Source of the DNA: an uncultured Clostridia bacterium
Lineage (GTDB): Bacteria; Bacillota; Clostridia; Christensenellales; UBA1242
Direction: 5' to 3'
NCBI GenBank assembly: GCA_934756675.1
Contig: CAKVLG010000002.1
Location: forward strand, 339-64,338
DNA: 64,000 nucleotides
Numbering within the stretch: the stretch's first letter is position 1; every line of letters starts with the position of its first letter. The position numbers and the translations under genes are program-made. Positions 1-9,614 of this stretch are shown here, one piece after another. The notes beneath the pieces are model-generated. The model was not told the DNA's origin and did no database searches. It was given only the letters and a program-made list of their open reading frames with translations.

Positions 1-1
1 G

Positions 2-1000
2 CCTGAACTTAAAAAACATTTTAGTTCCATTATTTATATTGGTAGTGAAAATGGAATGGAAAAAGATATTATACGGAATAATGCACATATTCCTTATTTT
101 TCCGTGACCACAACAAAATTTGACAGGGTTCATCTGTTATCTAATTTCAAGATTCCATTTTTGCTAAAAAGGGGAATTGAGGAAGCAAAAAACATCTTAC
201 AAACAGAAAAACCTGATATAGTTTTTTCAAAAGGCGGGTACGTGAGTTTACCTGTTGTTTTTGCTGCTAAAAAATTACACATTCCTGTTGTCAGCCACGA
301 AAGTGACCTTACTATGGGGCTTGCAAATAAACTTATGAAAAAATCATGCAACTGCATTTGCACAACCTTTGAATTAACTAGTATAAAGGTGGGAAGCAAA
401 GGTGTGTTTACGGGCTCGCCAGTGCGTGAAGACATGCAAAAGGAAAAGAATTTGTGTAGACAAAAATTACACATAAATTCACCACTTCCAGTGGTATTAA
501 TAACTGGTGGTAGCATGGGGGCACTTGCGATTAATGATTGTGTTAGGTCGGCAATTAATGAACTTACTAAAAGCTATTTTGTGTTACACTTGACTGGCAA
601 AGGTAATATTGATAAAAAGCTTACAAATATACCAGGGTATAGGCAAGTCGAGTTTACAAATGAAATGCCATACTTTATTGGTGCAAGTGATGTGGTGATT
701 TCACGTGCGGGGTCTAACACGATTTTTGAACTAGCGTTATGCAAAAAACCAATGCTACTTATTCCACTTTCAAAAAGAGCTTCACGCGGGGATCAAATAG
801 AAAATGCAAAATATTTTAAGCATATGGGCTATGCAAATGTTTTGCAGCAAGAAGATATGACAAAGCGGTCACTTATTGATGAAATTAATCAGACATATAA
901 AAATAGAGAAGTTTTAATCAAAAAACTTGAAGGCAGTGGGCTTGAAAGCGGCAACAAAAAAATTGTAGATGAAATTTTAAAAACAATAGCAATAAAATAA
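2..1000 (+). CDS. murG: UDP-N-acetylglucosamine--N-acetylmuramyl-(pentapeptide) pyrophosphoryl-undecaprenol N-acetylglucosamine transferase MurG, 5' partial
   Basis: The frame is open from nt 2 (PELKKHFSSIIYIGSENGMEKD...), so the N-terminus lies outside the window. GGSMGA and SRAGSNTIFELA...RGDQIENAKYF motifs and overall collinearity fit family-28 MurG glycosyltransferases. Confidence 0.85.
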   Translation, partial: PELKKHFSSIIYIGSENGMEKDIIRNNAHIPYFSVTTTKFDRVHLLSNFKIPFLLKRGIEEAKNILQTEKPDIVFSKGGYVSLPVVFAAKKLHIPVVSHESDLTMGLANKLMKKSCNCICTTFELTSIKVGSKGVFTGSPVREDMQKEKNLCRQKLHINSPLPVVLITGGSMGALAINDCVRSAINELTKSYFVLHLTGKGNIDKKLTNIPGYRQVEFTNEMPYFIGASDVVISRAGSNTIFELALCKKPMLLIPLSKRASRGDQIENAKYFKHMGYANVLQQEDMTKRSLIDEINQTYKNREVLIKKLEGSGLESGNKKIVDEILKTIAIK

Positions 1001-1057
1001 TAAAAACCTTTGTATGTTAAAATGGCTGTGTGTTAAAATGTAGACAGGAGGTAAACT

Positions 1058-1918
1058 ATGGTTAAAAAAGCGGTTATACTTTGTGGCGGGCTTGCAACCA
1101 GACTGTTGCCAGCAACAAAGGTTATTCCAAAAGAGATTATGCCAATATTAAATAGACCAGCACTAGATTTGATTGTTGAAGATTTAAAAAATTGTGGCAT
1201 AACAGATATTCTTATTATTCTTGGGCGAAATAAAGAATGCCTAGAAAACTATTTTGAACGTAATGTTGAGCTAGAAAATAGACTCGAAGAGACAGGTAAA
1301 AATGAACTAATAAAAGCAATTAATGGTCCATTCGAAAATGTGAACATCTATTTCAAAAGGCAACTCTATGCAAAAGGAACAGCATATGCAATGCTTGGTT
1401 GCGAGAGTTTTGTCGGTGGCGATGATTTTATTTTAATCTTCCCAGACGAATTGTTATTTGGTGAAAGCCAAACAAAACAATTGTTAGAAGAGTTTGAAAA
1501 GACAAAAACATCAACAATTCCACTACAACAAATTCCAATTGAAGATTGTAGTAAATATGGTATGGTTGCTTGCATTGGGAATGGTAAGTCGAGAAAGCTT
1601 ACAAAAATTGTAGAAAAACCAGCAACGCCAGCAGAGTCACCAAGTGATTTATGTAATCTTGGCGGTGGGGTATTTACTAATAAAATCTTTAAATATTTAA
1701 AAAATTGCAAACCACATGGACTTGAACTTTTATACACAGATGCTATTGAAGAGATGATGAAAAAAGAAGGAGTTAATGGATTAATTATTACTGGTGAACG
1801 CCATGATATTGGTAATCCACTTGGGTTTGTTAAAGCAAATATCGCCGCAGCTCTTCACGATAAAAAGCTCGAAAAAGATATGAAAGAATATATTAAAGAG
1901 CTTGCTAAAAATTTATAA
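1058..1918 (+). CDS. galU: UTP--glucose-1-phosphate uridylyltransferase
   Basis: N-terminal KAVILCGGLATRLLPATKVIPKEIMPI sugar-nucleotidyltransferase signature. Length of 286 aa. SD AGGAGG upstream of the ATG. Confidence 0.85.
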   Translation: MVKKAVILCGGLATRLLPATKVIPKEIMPILNRPALDLIVEDLKNCGITDILIILGRNKECLENYFERNVELENRLEETGKNELIKAINGPFENVNIYFKRQLYAKGTAYAMLGCESFVGGDDFILIFPDELLFGESQTKQLLEEFEKTKTSTIPLQQIPIEDCSKYGMVACIGNGKSRKLTKIVEKPATPAESPSDLCNLGGGVFTNKIFKYLKNCKPHGLELLYTDAIEEMMKKEGVNGLIITGERHDIGNPLGFVKANIAAALHDKKLEKDMKEYIKELAKNL

Positions 1919-1930
1919 AAAAACGCAAAA

Positions 1931-1966
1931 ACACCACTTTTAATGTGAAAAAGTGGTGTTTTTTGT
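1931..1966 (+). terminator. Rho-independent terminator after galU
   Basis: 11-bp stem ACACCACTTTT / AAAAGTGGTGT followed by a T-run. Confidence 0.7.
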
Positions 1967-2032
1967 ATATTTTTTGCATATTTTTGTAATTTTATATAAA
2001 ATTGAGAGTAAACCATTTAAACAATAAAATTA

Positions 2033-2061
2033 TTGACAAAACATGCAAATTGTGATAAAAC
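2033..2061 (+). promoter_or_regulatory. Putative sigma-A promoter for tRNA-Arg
   Basis: TTGACA (2033-2038), 17-nt spacer, then TAAAAC (2056-2061), about 10 nt before the tRNA 5' end. Confidence 0.4.
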
Positions 2062-2071
2062 ATACTCATAT

Positions 2072-2148
<77 letters not shown>

Positions 2149-2150
2149 AG

Positions 2151-2189
2151 AAAAAAAGGAAAGTCCTAATACTTTCCTTTTTGTTTTTT
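2151..2189. terminator. Bidirectional terminator between tRNA-Arg and tdk
   Basis: Stem AGGAAAGT / ACTTTCCT flanked by an A-run on the left and a T-run on the right. Confidence 0.7.
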
Positions 2190-2766
2190 ATTTTATATCT
2201 TGGGTTTGGTATTTCTTCCAGCAGGCGTAGCACATTGATTCATAAGATTCGTCGCCGCCAATTTCTATTTCATTGCCAATGGTGGTGACTCTGCCGCCTA
2301 CAATTCTTGCGTTCATTGTTGCTTTGCTTCCACACCTGCAAATGCTTTTGATTTCTGTTATGCTTTCGGCAAGTTCAATCAATCGTTTGCTACCTTCAAA
2401 AAGTTCGCCCTTAAAGTTTTTGAGTAGGCCATAACAAATAACAACAACATCTTTAAGTGTTAAGTCTTTAAGTTCTTCAATTTGTTTGCTGGTGCAAAAT
2501 TGGACTTCATCAACGATTACAACTTTATAATTTTTGTTCATTACATAGTCATACAGATTTTCGGTTTGAGAAAACACTTCGCACTCGCGAGATAAACCGA
2601 TTCTTGAATGAATAATTGGTTTGTCGCCATTATAGTCACGCGTGTCGATGCTTGGTTTGATTAATAAAACATCATATCCTTTTTGGTTATAGTTAAAAGC
2701 GGTGATAAGGGCTTGTGTACTTTTGCTGCAGCCCATTGTTCCATATTTGAAATATAATTTTTTCAC
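2188..2766 (-). CDS. tdk: Thymidine kinase
   Basis: KLYFKYGTMGCSKSTQALI P-loop and C-terminal CxxC...C zinc ribbon (CRCG...CYAC). I moved the start to GTG at 2766 because AAAGGAG lies 7 nt upstream. The longer track ORF (to 2796) has no SD. Confidence 0.88.
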   Translation of the reverse strand: MKKLYFKYGTMGCSKSTQALITAFNYNQKGYDVLLIKPSIDTRDYNGDKPIIHSRIGLSRECEVFSQTENLYDYVMNKNYKVVIVDEVQFCTSKQIEELKDLTLKDVVVICYGLLKNFKGELFEGSKRLIELAESITEIKSICRCGSKATMNARIVGGRVTTIGNEIEIGGDESYESMCYACWKKYQTQDIK

Positions 2767-2954
2767 GTTTTGGCTCCTTTTAGCAAAGTATATCACACAA
2801 ATTTTTTGTAAAAAATAAAAAAAGTAGCAAAAATTAAATTTGTTTAGAATGTATAAAAAAACTAATTAAATATCAAAAAACTAGATTTTTTGTTTGGAAA
2901 AATTTTTGAGTTTTGTTATTCTATATTTATATAGAATTTTAAGGAGGAAAAATA

Positions 2955-5900
2955 ATGAAGAAGAAAATTCTAGCATTTTTTGCTATTATGCTTATTATTA
3001 TGCCATGTTTATTTTTCGCTGCTTGTGGTAAAAAAGACCCAACAGTTACAGGCATAAAAGTTGTTATTAATAGCAAAACTTTTACTGGAACGCAAGAAGA
3101 CCGCACACTCACAATTAATTATGGCGACACACTTACTAACGTTGTTGTAAAATTAATGTATAGTGACAACACGGAACAAAACATTAATATGTCAGAGTTA
3201 ACAGTTACAGATGAGCACGATATTTTAAGTAAAAATATTATTCCTGTTGGTGAATATGTTTTGTCTTTTAAGTATGGTGAATTTGATCCTATCAGTGTTA
3301 CGGTTAAGATTGTTCCAACTACTATAGAAAAACCTACTGAAAAAACTACAAATTTTGTTTATGACGGCACTGCTAAAACCTATTTGCCAGAAGGGTTCGA
3401 TGACCGCCTTATGAGTATATCTGGTAACATTCAAACTAACGCTGGTGAATATACCGCTGTTGTTACAATTAAAAATGAAGATTATGCTTCTTGGAAAGAC
3501 AACACAAAAACTGCTGTTGAATTTAAGTGGAATATTAACAAAAAGGCAATTGCCGTTCCAGAAAAATCTGATAAGACTTACACTTACAGTGGCAGTGAAT
3601 TATCTGTTGAATTATTAAATATCGATAGAGAACTTATGTTAGTTACTGGCGATGAAACTGCTGTTAATGCTGGCAAATACAGCGTTTACGTTGAACTTAA
3701 GAGCAAAACAAACTATTGCTGGAATAGTGGCGCAGATACAATGCGCGATATTACTATTAACTGGGAGATTTTGAAAAGAGAATTACTTGAGCCAACCAAA
3801 GTAAACAAAACTTACACATACACTGGTAGTGAGCAAACTCTTGAATTGCAAGGCTTTGTAGAAAATGCCATGGCAATCGAAAATGGCAAGCAAACAAATG
3901 CTGGCTCGTATACGGCTGTTATTACACTTAAAGATACAATAAACAACAAGTGGATAACAGGTGCAAATAATGTTGAGATTGAGTGGACTATTGAAAAAGC
4001 AATTAGTCCAAAGCCTGCAACGCAACCAAATAGTGTTATTGGTACATACGATGCAAACAAAACTCTTGCTGACTATAGTGCACAATTACTTTCGGGATAT
4101 TCTTGGGTTGATCCAACTGAAGTTCCTATTTGCACAAAACGTGAATATAACGCTTATTATAATGCTGACCCAGAAAACTATGAAGCTTGTCAAGTTAAAG
4201 TTATAGTTGAACTTTCTAAGGCGACTCCAGTTGCTCCAGCTCATGCTGAAATTAATGTTGAATATAAAGAAAATTTAACACTTGCAGATGTAGCAAATAG
4301 ACTTGCTGATGGTTTTAGATTTGCAAATTTAAGCGAAGCAATTACTTATGGAAAAACAGAATATGATGCAATTTATAACCCAGATAAAAACAATTATCTT
4401 GATGTAAACACAACGGTTACAGTCATTTTAACAAAGACCGATATTGATTTTGCAATCACAAGCAATATTTCAAAGGCGTTCGATGCTGAACCTGTTATTG
4501 AGCCACAAACAAACTACACTGGAACAAACGCTGTTACAGTTAAGTATTACGAAAATGATGGTGAAACAGAACTTGCAGCAGCACCTAGTGATGCAGGGTT
4601 ATATAAGGTTAAAGTAACAGTCGCAGGTGACGATAACCACAATGCAACGACAGTTACTGCTGACTTTTATATTAAATATGATTTAAGTGACAGCAGCAAA
4701 GTAAGATATTCAATTACACATGATGAACTCGTATATGACGGCACTCCAAAAACACCGGCAGTTACATACTTACAAGTTTATATTGATGGTAAAACGTATG
4801 ATATATCAGCAGACAACTTTGACGTTACATACGAAAATAACACAGATTATCTTGTTTCTTCTTATATAATTATCACTGGTAAGAACTTAGCAATGAATAG
4901 TGTTAGAAGTGAGTTCACAATCAACCTTCCAACAATAATCGAAAATGTTAAGATTAATAATATAGATGTTGATATTTCTGGCAGTTATAATGGTTTGGCA
5001 ACTTGTAGTTGCGACATGACAGCAGAAAATTTTGTGTTGACTTTTGATGTTAAAGAAACATATAGAAACGATAATATAAGATATATAATTCAAGCAAAAG
5101 ATAAAGTTGGTAATGTTATTGTTTCTACAAGATATATCGAAAACAACACAATCACTCTTCCAAAGGAAACTGCAACATTTTCGATAAGTGCAATAAAGGG
5201 TACTCTTTATAACCAAATTTTCGCAGTTGAAATGAAACTTAATAGCGACAATTTGTCTTCGTATATGTCGTTCCTTGTTCCATATTATTATGTTGAAACA
5301 ATTGATATAAATACTAATCTCAACACTGTTATCGTTAAAGAAAATTACGATGGCAACCTTGCAGAATTAATTGCAAATTATATTAATAATGTAAATGGGC
5401 ATGGATATTGCTCAGTTATAACAGGTTATTCATTTGTTTCAGTTGTTTGTGATAGCAATAACACAGTTGCAACATTCACATTTGCAGACACTGCAACTAA
5501 CAAAACACATGTTATAAATGCTGACATTATTGATGCTAGAGAAGAAATTTGCAATGTTGAATATATTGAACTTTCTGATAACATAAATGACACAACAGAA
5601 TATTTAACTCTAGACGAAAACAACACAATTACCGTTAGAAATTTTAGCTATATGGGTAATTATTTAGATATTAAATTTAATAGCAATGTTTGCCAAATAG
5701 AGTTATTAAATATTAGAATCGAAGACATGAACACGGTTACCGAAACAGTCATGACAATAGAAAATTCTTGTTTTTTCTATCTTTCACAAGAATGTACCAA
5801 TGATGGCATATATACAATCAGAGCTTACTATAAAAGAGTAGATGGTCAAGTTGACAAAGAAACATATAAAGATTTTAAGCTCGATATTACATTCGACAAA

Positions 5901-6626
5901 ACACCACTTGCAGTCATTACATACAATGAAAAAGATTATAAATTATCTCAACAATTAACAGGCGAGATTAAGTATGTAATGGGTGAGAGTGGTCCATCAA
6001 TGTTCTATGTTTATGTTGGCGCACTTACAGAGAATGTTCTTGAATGTCATTTTAAAGTTGCAACACAATTTGAGCTTTATGATGAAAACAAAGTGAAACT
6101 GGCAGATTATGAAAATGTTGTACTTGCAGTTCACACAGACGCAAATGGCGATAAATATAGCATGCTTTATATTATGGCAGAAGGTATGGAAATTCCTTTC
6201 TTTGTATATTACAGGGAAGAAGTAAATAAAATTACCATTACATTTGTTGAAAATGTTACAAAAACTCTCGATGTTCCAGCAAGCAAAGAAGCAATAGAAA
6301 ATAATGCGTTTTATGGTGACTTTGTTGGGGTAGTATCTGACGGTGTGGCTGGTCTTGTTTTGAATTTAACATATGCAGAACTTGGTTTAGATGGAAATGC
6401 GACATCTGTAACTATTTCTGCTATTGATATTCTTACCAATTTTATTGTGATGATTATGAATGGCGAGCAGCAGCCTACTATACTTTATATGGGTAATTCA
6501 ATAACACAGCCTATTGAAGTTGCAATTACTAATGATATGATTAACATGATGCTTGTTGATCCGTCTGCAACTACAAATGAAGAAATGCAACAATCGGCAA
6601 TTGGAATTACCATAATGTTTTCTTAA
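2955..6626 (+). CDS. Large surface lipoprotein with Big_3-like and tandem Ig-like (MBG/YDG-type) repeats
   Basis: Signal peptide plus lipobox (LFFAAC at Cys24). N-terminal domain with the pattern Y-GD-L...YSDNT. Three tandem repeats of about 75 aa with Y-x-G-x...NAG-Y-x-V motifs. Strong SD AAGGAGG. Confidence 0.8.
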   Translation: MKKKILAFFAIMLIIMPCLFFAACGKKDPTVTGIKVVINSKTFTGTQEDRTLTINYGDTLTNVVVKLMYSDNTEQNINMSELTVTDEHDILSKNIIPVGEYVLSFKYGEFDPISVTVKIVPTTIEKPTEKTTNFVYDGTAKTYLPEGFDDRLMSISGNIQTNAGEYTAVVTIKNEDYASWKDNTKTAVEFKWNINKKAIAVPEKSDKTYTYSGSELSVELLNIDRELMLVTGDETAVNAGKYSVYVELKSKTNYCWNSGADTMRDITINWEILKRELLEPTKVNKTYTYTGSEQTLELQGFVENAMAIENGKQTNAGSYTAVITLKDTINNKWITGANNVEIEWTIEKAISPKPATQPNSVIGTYDANKTLADYSAQLLSGYSWVDPTEVPICTKREYNAYYNADPENYEACQVKVIVELSKATPVAPAHAEINVEYKENLTLADVANRLADGFRFANLSEAITYGKTEYDAIYNPDKNNYLDVNTTVTVILTKTDIDFAITSNISKAFDAEPVIEPQTNYTGTNAVTVKYYENDGETELAAAPSDAGLYKVKVTVAGDDNHNATTVTADFYIKYDLSDSSKVRYSITHDELVYDGTPKTPAVTYLQVYIDGKTYDISADNFDVTYENNTDYLVSSYIIITGKNLAMNSVRSEFTINLPTIIENVKINNIDVDISGSYNGLATCSCDMTAENFVLTFDVKETYRNDNIRYIIQAKDKVGNVIVSTRYIENNTITLPKETATFSISAIKGTLYNQIFAVEMKLNSDNLSSYMSFLVPYYYVETIDINTNLNTVIVKENYDGNLAELIANYINNVNGHGYCSVITGYSFVSVVCDSNNTVATFTFADTATNKTHVINADIIDAREEICNVEYIELSDNINDTTEYLTLDENNTITVRNFSYMGNYLDIKFNSNVCQIELLNIRIEDMNTVTETVMTIENSCFFYLSQECTNDGIYTIRAYYKRVDGQVDKETYKDFKLDITFDKTPLAVITYNEKDYKLSQQLTGEIKYVMGESGPSMFYVYVGALTENVLECHFKVATQFELYDENKVKLADYENVVLAVHTDANGDKYSMLYIMAEGMEIPFFVYYREEVNKITITFVENVTKTLDVPASKEAIENNAFYGDFVGVVSDGVAGLVLNLTYAELGLDGNATSVTISAIDILTNFIVMIMNGEQQPTILYMGNSITQPIEVAITNDMINMMLVDPSATTNEEMQQSAIGITIMFS

Positions 6627-6635
6627 TAAAAAACT

Positions 6636-6662
6636 TTCCCCCAAGATTGGGGGATTTTTTAT
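6636..6662 (+). terminator. Rho-independent terminator
   Basis: CCCCCAA / TTGGGGG stem followed by a T-run. Confidence 0.75.
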
Positions 6663-6695
6663 GCGCAAAAACAAATAAAAAGCATATAATAGGGT

Positions 6696-7523
6696 ATGGG
6701 AAATAAGTTTTGTGGGTGCATAACCGCCCTTGTTACACCATTTGACAAAAATAATAAAATTAATTATCAGCAGCTAGCAAAAATGCTCGACTTTCAAATA
6801 AAAAGTGGCGTCAGCGGTGTTGTTATTGCTGGAACGACTGGGGAAGGAAGTTTGCTATCTTGCACCGAAAAGAGTGAGCTTTTGTCATTTGCAATAAAGT
6901 ATATTAACAAGCGAATTCTTTGTATTGCGGGCGTTGCGGCTTGCAAAACAATTGACGCAATAGAGCAAGTAAAAAATGCAACAAATATTGGCGCTGACGC
7001 GTGTTTGGTTGTTTCGCCATATTATGTGAAAGGTACACAAAATGGAATATATAAACACTATAAGCAAATAGCAGAGCTTGGCGGCGGAAAGATAATTATC
7101 TATAATGTTCCAGGGCGAACTGGGGTAAATGTAGAGCCAAAAACAATAATTAAGCTTTCGAAAATTAATAACATTGTTGGGCTCAAGCAGGCAAGTTCTA
7201 ATATTTCTGATTTGCTAGAAATTAAAAGGGGTGTTGGTGAAAATTTTGCAATCTTTTCTGGTGAAGACGGGCTTGTTTTCCCAATGCTTGCATGTGGCGC
7301 TGTTGGGGCTATTAGCGTTGCAAGTAATATTGTTCCACGAAAGGTGCAAAGACTTTGCGACTTGTATTTTTGTGGAGAAATTGCAGCTTCGCGAAAGTTG
7401 CAACTTTCACTTTTGTCGCTTGTGAAAAAGTTGTTTGAAAAGGTTAATCCTGTTCCAGTTAAAAACTTGCTAAACAAACAAAAAATGTTTTTTGTCGGCA
7501 AACCAAGATTGCCGCTATGCTAG
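6696..7523 (+). CDS. dapA: 4-hydroxy-tetrahydrodipicolinate synthase
   Basis: ALVTPF...GVVIAGTTGEG...YNVPGRTG...VGLKQAS motifs, with the Schiff-base Lys context of the DapA/NAL family. Confidence 0.82.
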   Translation: MGNKFCGCITALVTPFDKNNKINYQQLAKMLDFQIKSGVSGVVIAGTTGEGSLLSCTEKSELLSFAIKYINKRILCIAGVAACKTIDAIEQVKNATNIGADACLVVSPYYVKGTQNGIYKHYKQIAELGGGKIIIYNVPGRTGVNVEPKTIIKLSKINNIVGLKQASSNISDLLEIKRGVGENFAIFSGEDGLVFPMLACGAVGAISVASNIVPRKVQRLCDLYFCGEIAASRKLQLSLLSLVKKLFEKVNPVPVKNLLNKQKMFFVGKPRLPLC

Positions 7524-7622
7524 GTAAAATCGCAAGTATAAGTTTTTTGGTTTATAAATTGTTTGCGTTTTAGCTTTGAACTTTGCTATAATAGGGGTAT
7601 AAAAAGGACTAAAGAGGATATT

Positions 7623-9590
7623 ATGGCAGAAACTAAAAAGAAAAGTTATGACGCAAAAGATATTCAAGTTTTGGAAGGGCTTGATGCTGTTAGGTTGCGT
7701 CCAGGTATGTACATTGGTACAACAAGTCAAAAGGGGTTAAACCATTTGCTTTGGGAAATTGTTGATAACGCAATCGACGAAGCGGCAAACGGTTACGCCA
7801 ATCGAATTATTGTAACAATCAACAAAGACAATTCGGCAACTGTTGAGGATAATGGGCGTGGTATTCCTGTTGATATTCACCCAACACTAAAAGTGTCTGC
7901 TGTTCAAGTTGTTTATACAGAACTCCATGCTGGTGGTAAGTTTAACAACGAAAACTATGCATATTCTGGTGGTTTGCATGGCGTTGGTGCAAGTGTTGTT
8001 AATGCTCTTTCAGAATGGTTAAAAGTTGAAGTTTGCAGAAACGGCAAAAAATATGAAATAGAATTCGAAAGTAAAGAAGATTCTAAGGGTAAGGTGCGTG
8101 GCGGCGTGCCTCTTTATCCATTGCGTGAAGTTGGCAAAGCTGTATCTACTGGTACAAAAGTGACATTCAAACCAGATGGCAGAATTTTTGAAACCACAGA
8201 GTTTGATTTCCCAAGCATCAAAAAACGTTTAAAAGAACTTGCGTTTTTAAACAAAGGCATAGAGATTGTTTTAACAGATGACCGTGATGACGAAAAACCA
8301 CTTACATACACATACAAATACGATGGTGGCATTATAGATTTTGTTAAGTATCTAAACGAATCGAAGGCAACACTATATCCAGAACCAATTTATATTTCTG
8401 GAGAAAGTAATGGTGTTAAAGTTGAATGTGCAATTCAACATACAACAGATTATAGCGAAAGTGTGTTCTCGTACGTTAACAACATTCCAACAACAGAAGG
8501 CGGTATGCATGAAGTTGGTTTTAGGAGTGCATTAACAACCGTATTTAACGACAATGCGCGCAAACTTGGTTCGCTTAAAGATAAAGATGCAAACTTGCTT
8601 GGTGACGACTTTAGGGAAGGTTTGACCGCCGTTGTTGTTATACACATGAAGAATGTTCAGTTCGAAGGTCAAACTAAAACCAAGCTTGGCAACCCAGAAG
8701 CAAGACCAGCTGTCGAAAGTGTTGTTAAGTCTAAACTTAATGAATACTTTGGTGGAAGGGGCACTGGCAAAGTGCTCTCTAGTATTATTGACAAAGCTAT
8801 GAGCGCAGCAAAAGTGCGTGAAGCAAGTCGAAAAGCTAAGGAAATGGCTCGTCAAAAGAATAGCATAGATAACTTGACACTTGTTGGTAAGCTTGCAAGC
8901 TGCACAAGTAGAAACTACGTGAATAACGAATTATTTATTGTAGAAGGTGATTCGGCTGGTGGGTCTGCAAAACAAGCGCGCGATAGGCACTTCCAAGCAA
9001 TTTTACCACTACGTGGTAAGCCACTTAATGCAGAGAAAAAGAGAATTGACCAAGTTCTTCAAAATGAAGAATTTAGAACACTTATTTCTGCCCTTGGTGC
9101 TGGCATAGGTGACGATTTTAATGTAAATAACCTTAAATATCACAAAGTAATTATCTTGGCAGATGCCGACCAAGATGGTGCTCATATCAGAGCAATTTTG
9201 CTTACATTCTTTTATAGATACATGCGTGAACTTATCACAGATGGACATGTATACATTGGTATGCCACCACTATATAGGGTTAGCAAGCGTGATGTGCACG
9301 AATATGTTTATTCAGATGCAGAACTTCCAGAAGTAACAGCGCGCATGGGTAAAGGCTATGACATTCAAAGATATAAAGGTCTTGGTGAAATGGATCCAGA
9401 GCAGCTTTGGGCTACAACAATGGACCCAACCGAGCGTACACTTGTTCGCGTTAATATTGATGATGCTGCAGAAGCTGAAAAAATGATAGCAACGCTAATG
9501 GGTGACAATATCGAAGCTAGAAAATCTTATATTCAAGAAAATGCAGATTTTAATAAGGTAGATAACTTTAAAACAAAGAAAGATCAATAG
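7623..9590 (+). CDS. parE: Type IIA topoisomerase subunit B (GyrB/ParE family, probably topoisomerase IV ParE)
   Basis: LEGLDAVRLRPGMYIG, GHKL ATPase, Toprim EGDSAGG and PLRGK motifs. Start set to the ATG at 7623 (SD AAGAGGA). The ParE assignment follows from its ParC-like partner, which has no GyrA box. Confidence 0.6.
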   Translation: MAETKKKSYDAKDIQVLEGLDAVRLRPGMYIGTTSQKGLNHLLWEIVDNAIDEAANGYANRIIVTINKDNSATVEDNGRGIPVDIHPTLKVSAVQVVYTELHAGGKFNNENYAYSGGLHGVGASVVNALSEWLKVEVCRNGKKYEIEFESKEDSKGKVRGGVPLYPLREVGKAVSTGTKVTFKPDGRIFETTEFDFPSIKKRLKELAFLNKGIEIVLTDDRDDEKPLTYTYKYDGGIIDFVKYLNESKATLYPEPIYISGESNGVKVECAIQHTTDYSESVFSYVNNIPTTEGGMHEVGFRSALTTVFNDNARKLGSLKDKDANLLGDDFREGLTAVVVIHMKNVQFEGQTKTKLGNPEARPAVESVVKSKLNEYFGGRGTGKVLSSIIDKAMSAAKVREASRKAKEMARQKNSIDNLTLVGKLASCTSRNYVNNELFIVEGDSAGGSAKQARDRHFQAILPLRGKPLNAEKKRIDQVLQNEEFRTLISALGAGIGDDFNVNNLKYHKVIILADADQDGAHIRAILLTFFYRYMRELITDGHVYIGMPPLYRVSKRDVHEYVYSDAELPEVTARMGKGYDIQRYKGLGEMDPEQLWATTMDPTERTLVRVNIDDAAEAEKMIATLMGDNIEARKSYIQENADFNKVDNFKTKKDQ

Positions 9591-9614
9591 GAAAATACAT
9601 AACGGAGAGAAACT

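Noticed and set aside
6627-6695. Lysine riboswitch upstream of dapA (coordinates shown), and a T-box or other leader upstream of gltX (15854-15956).
   Set aside because: The intergenic spacers are only about 70 and 100 nt. A terminator and promoter occupy most of them, which leaves too little room for either element.
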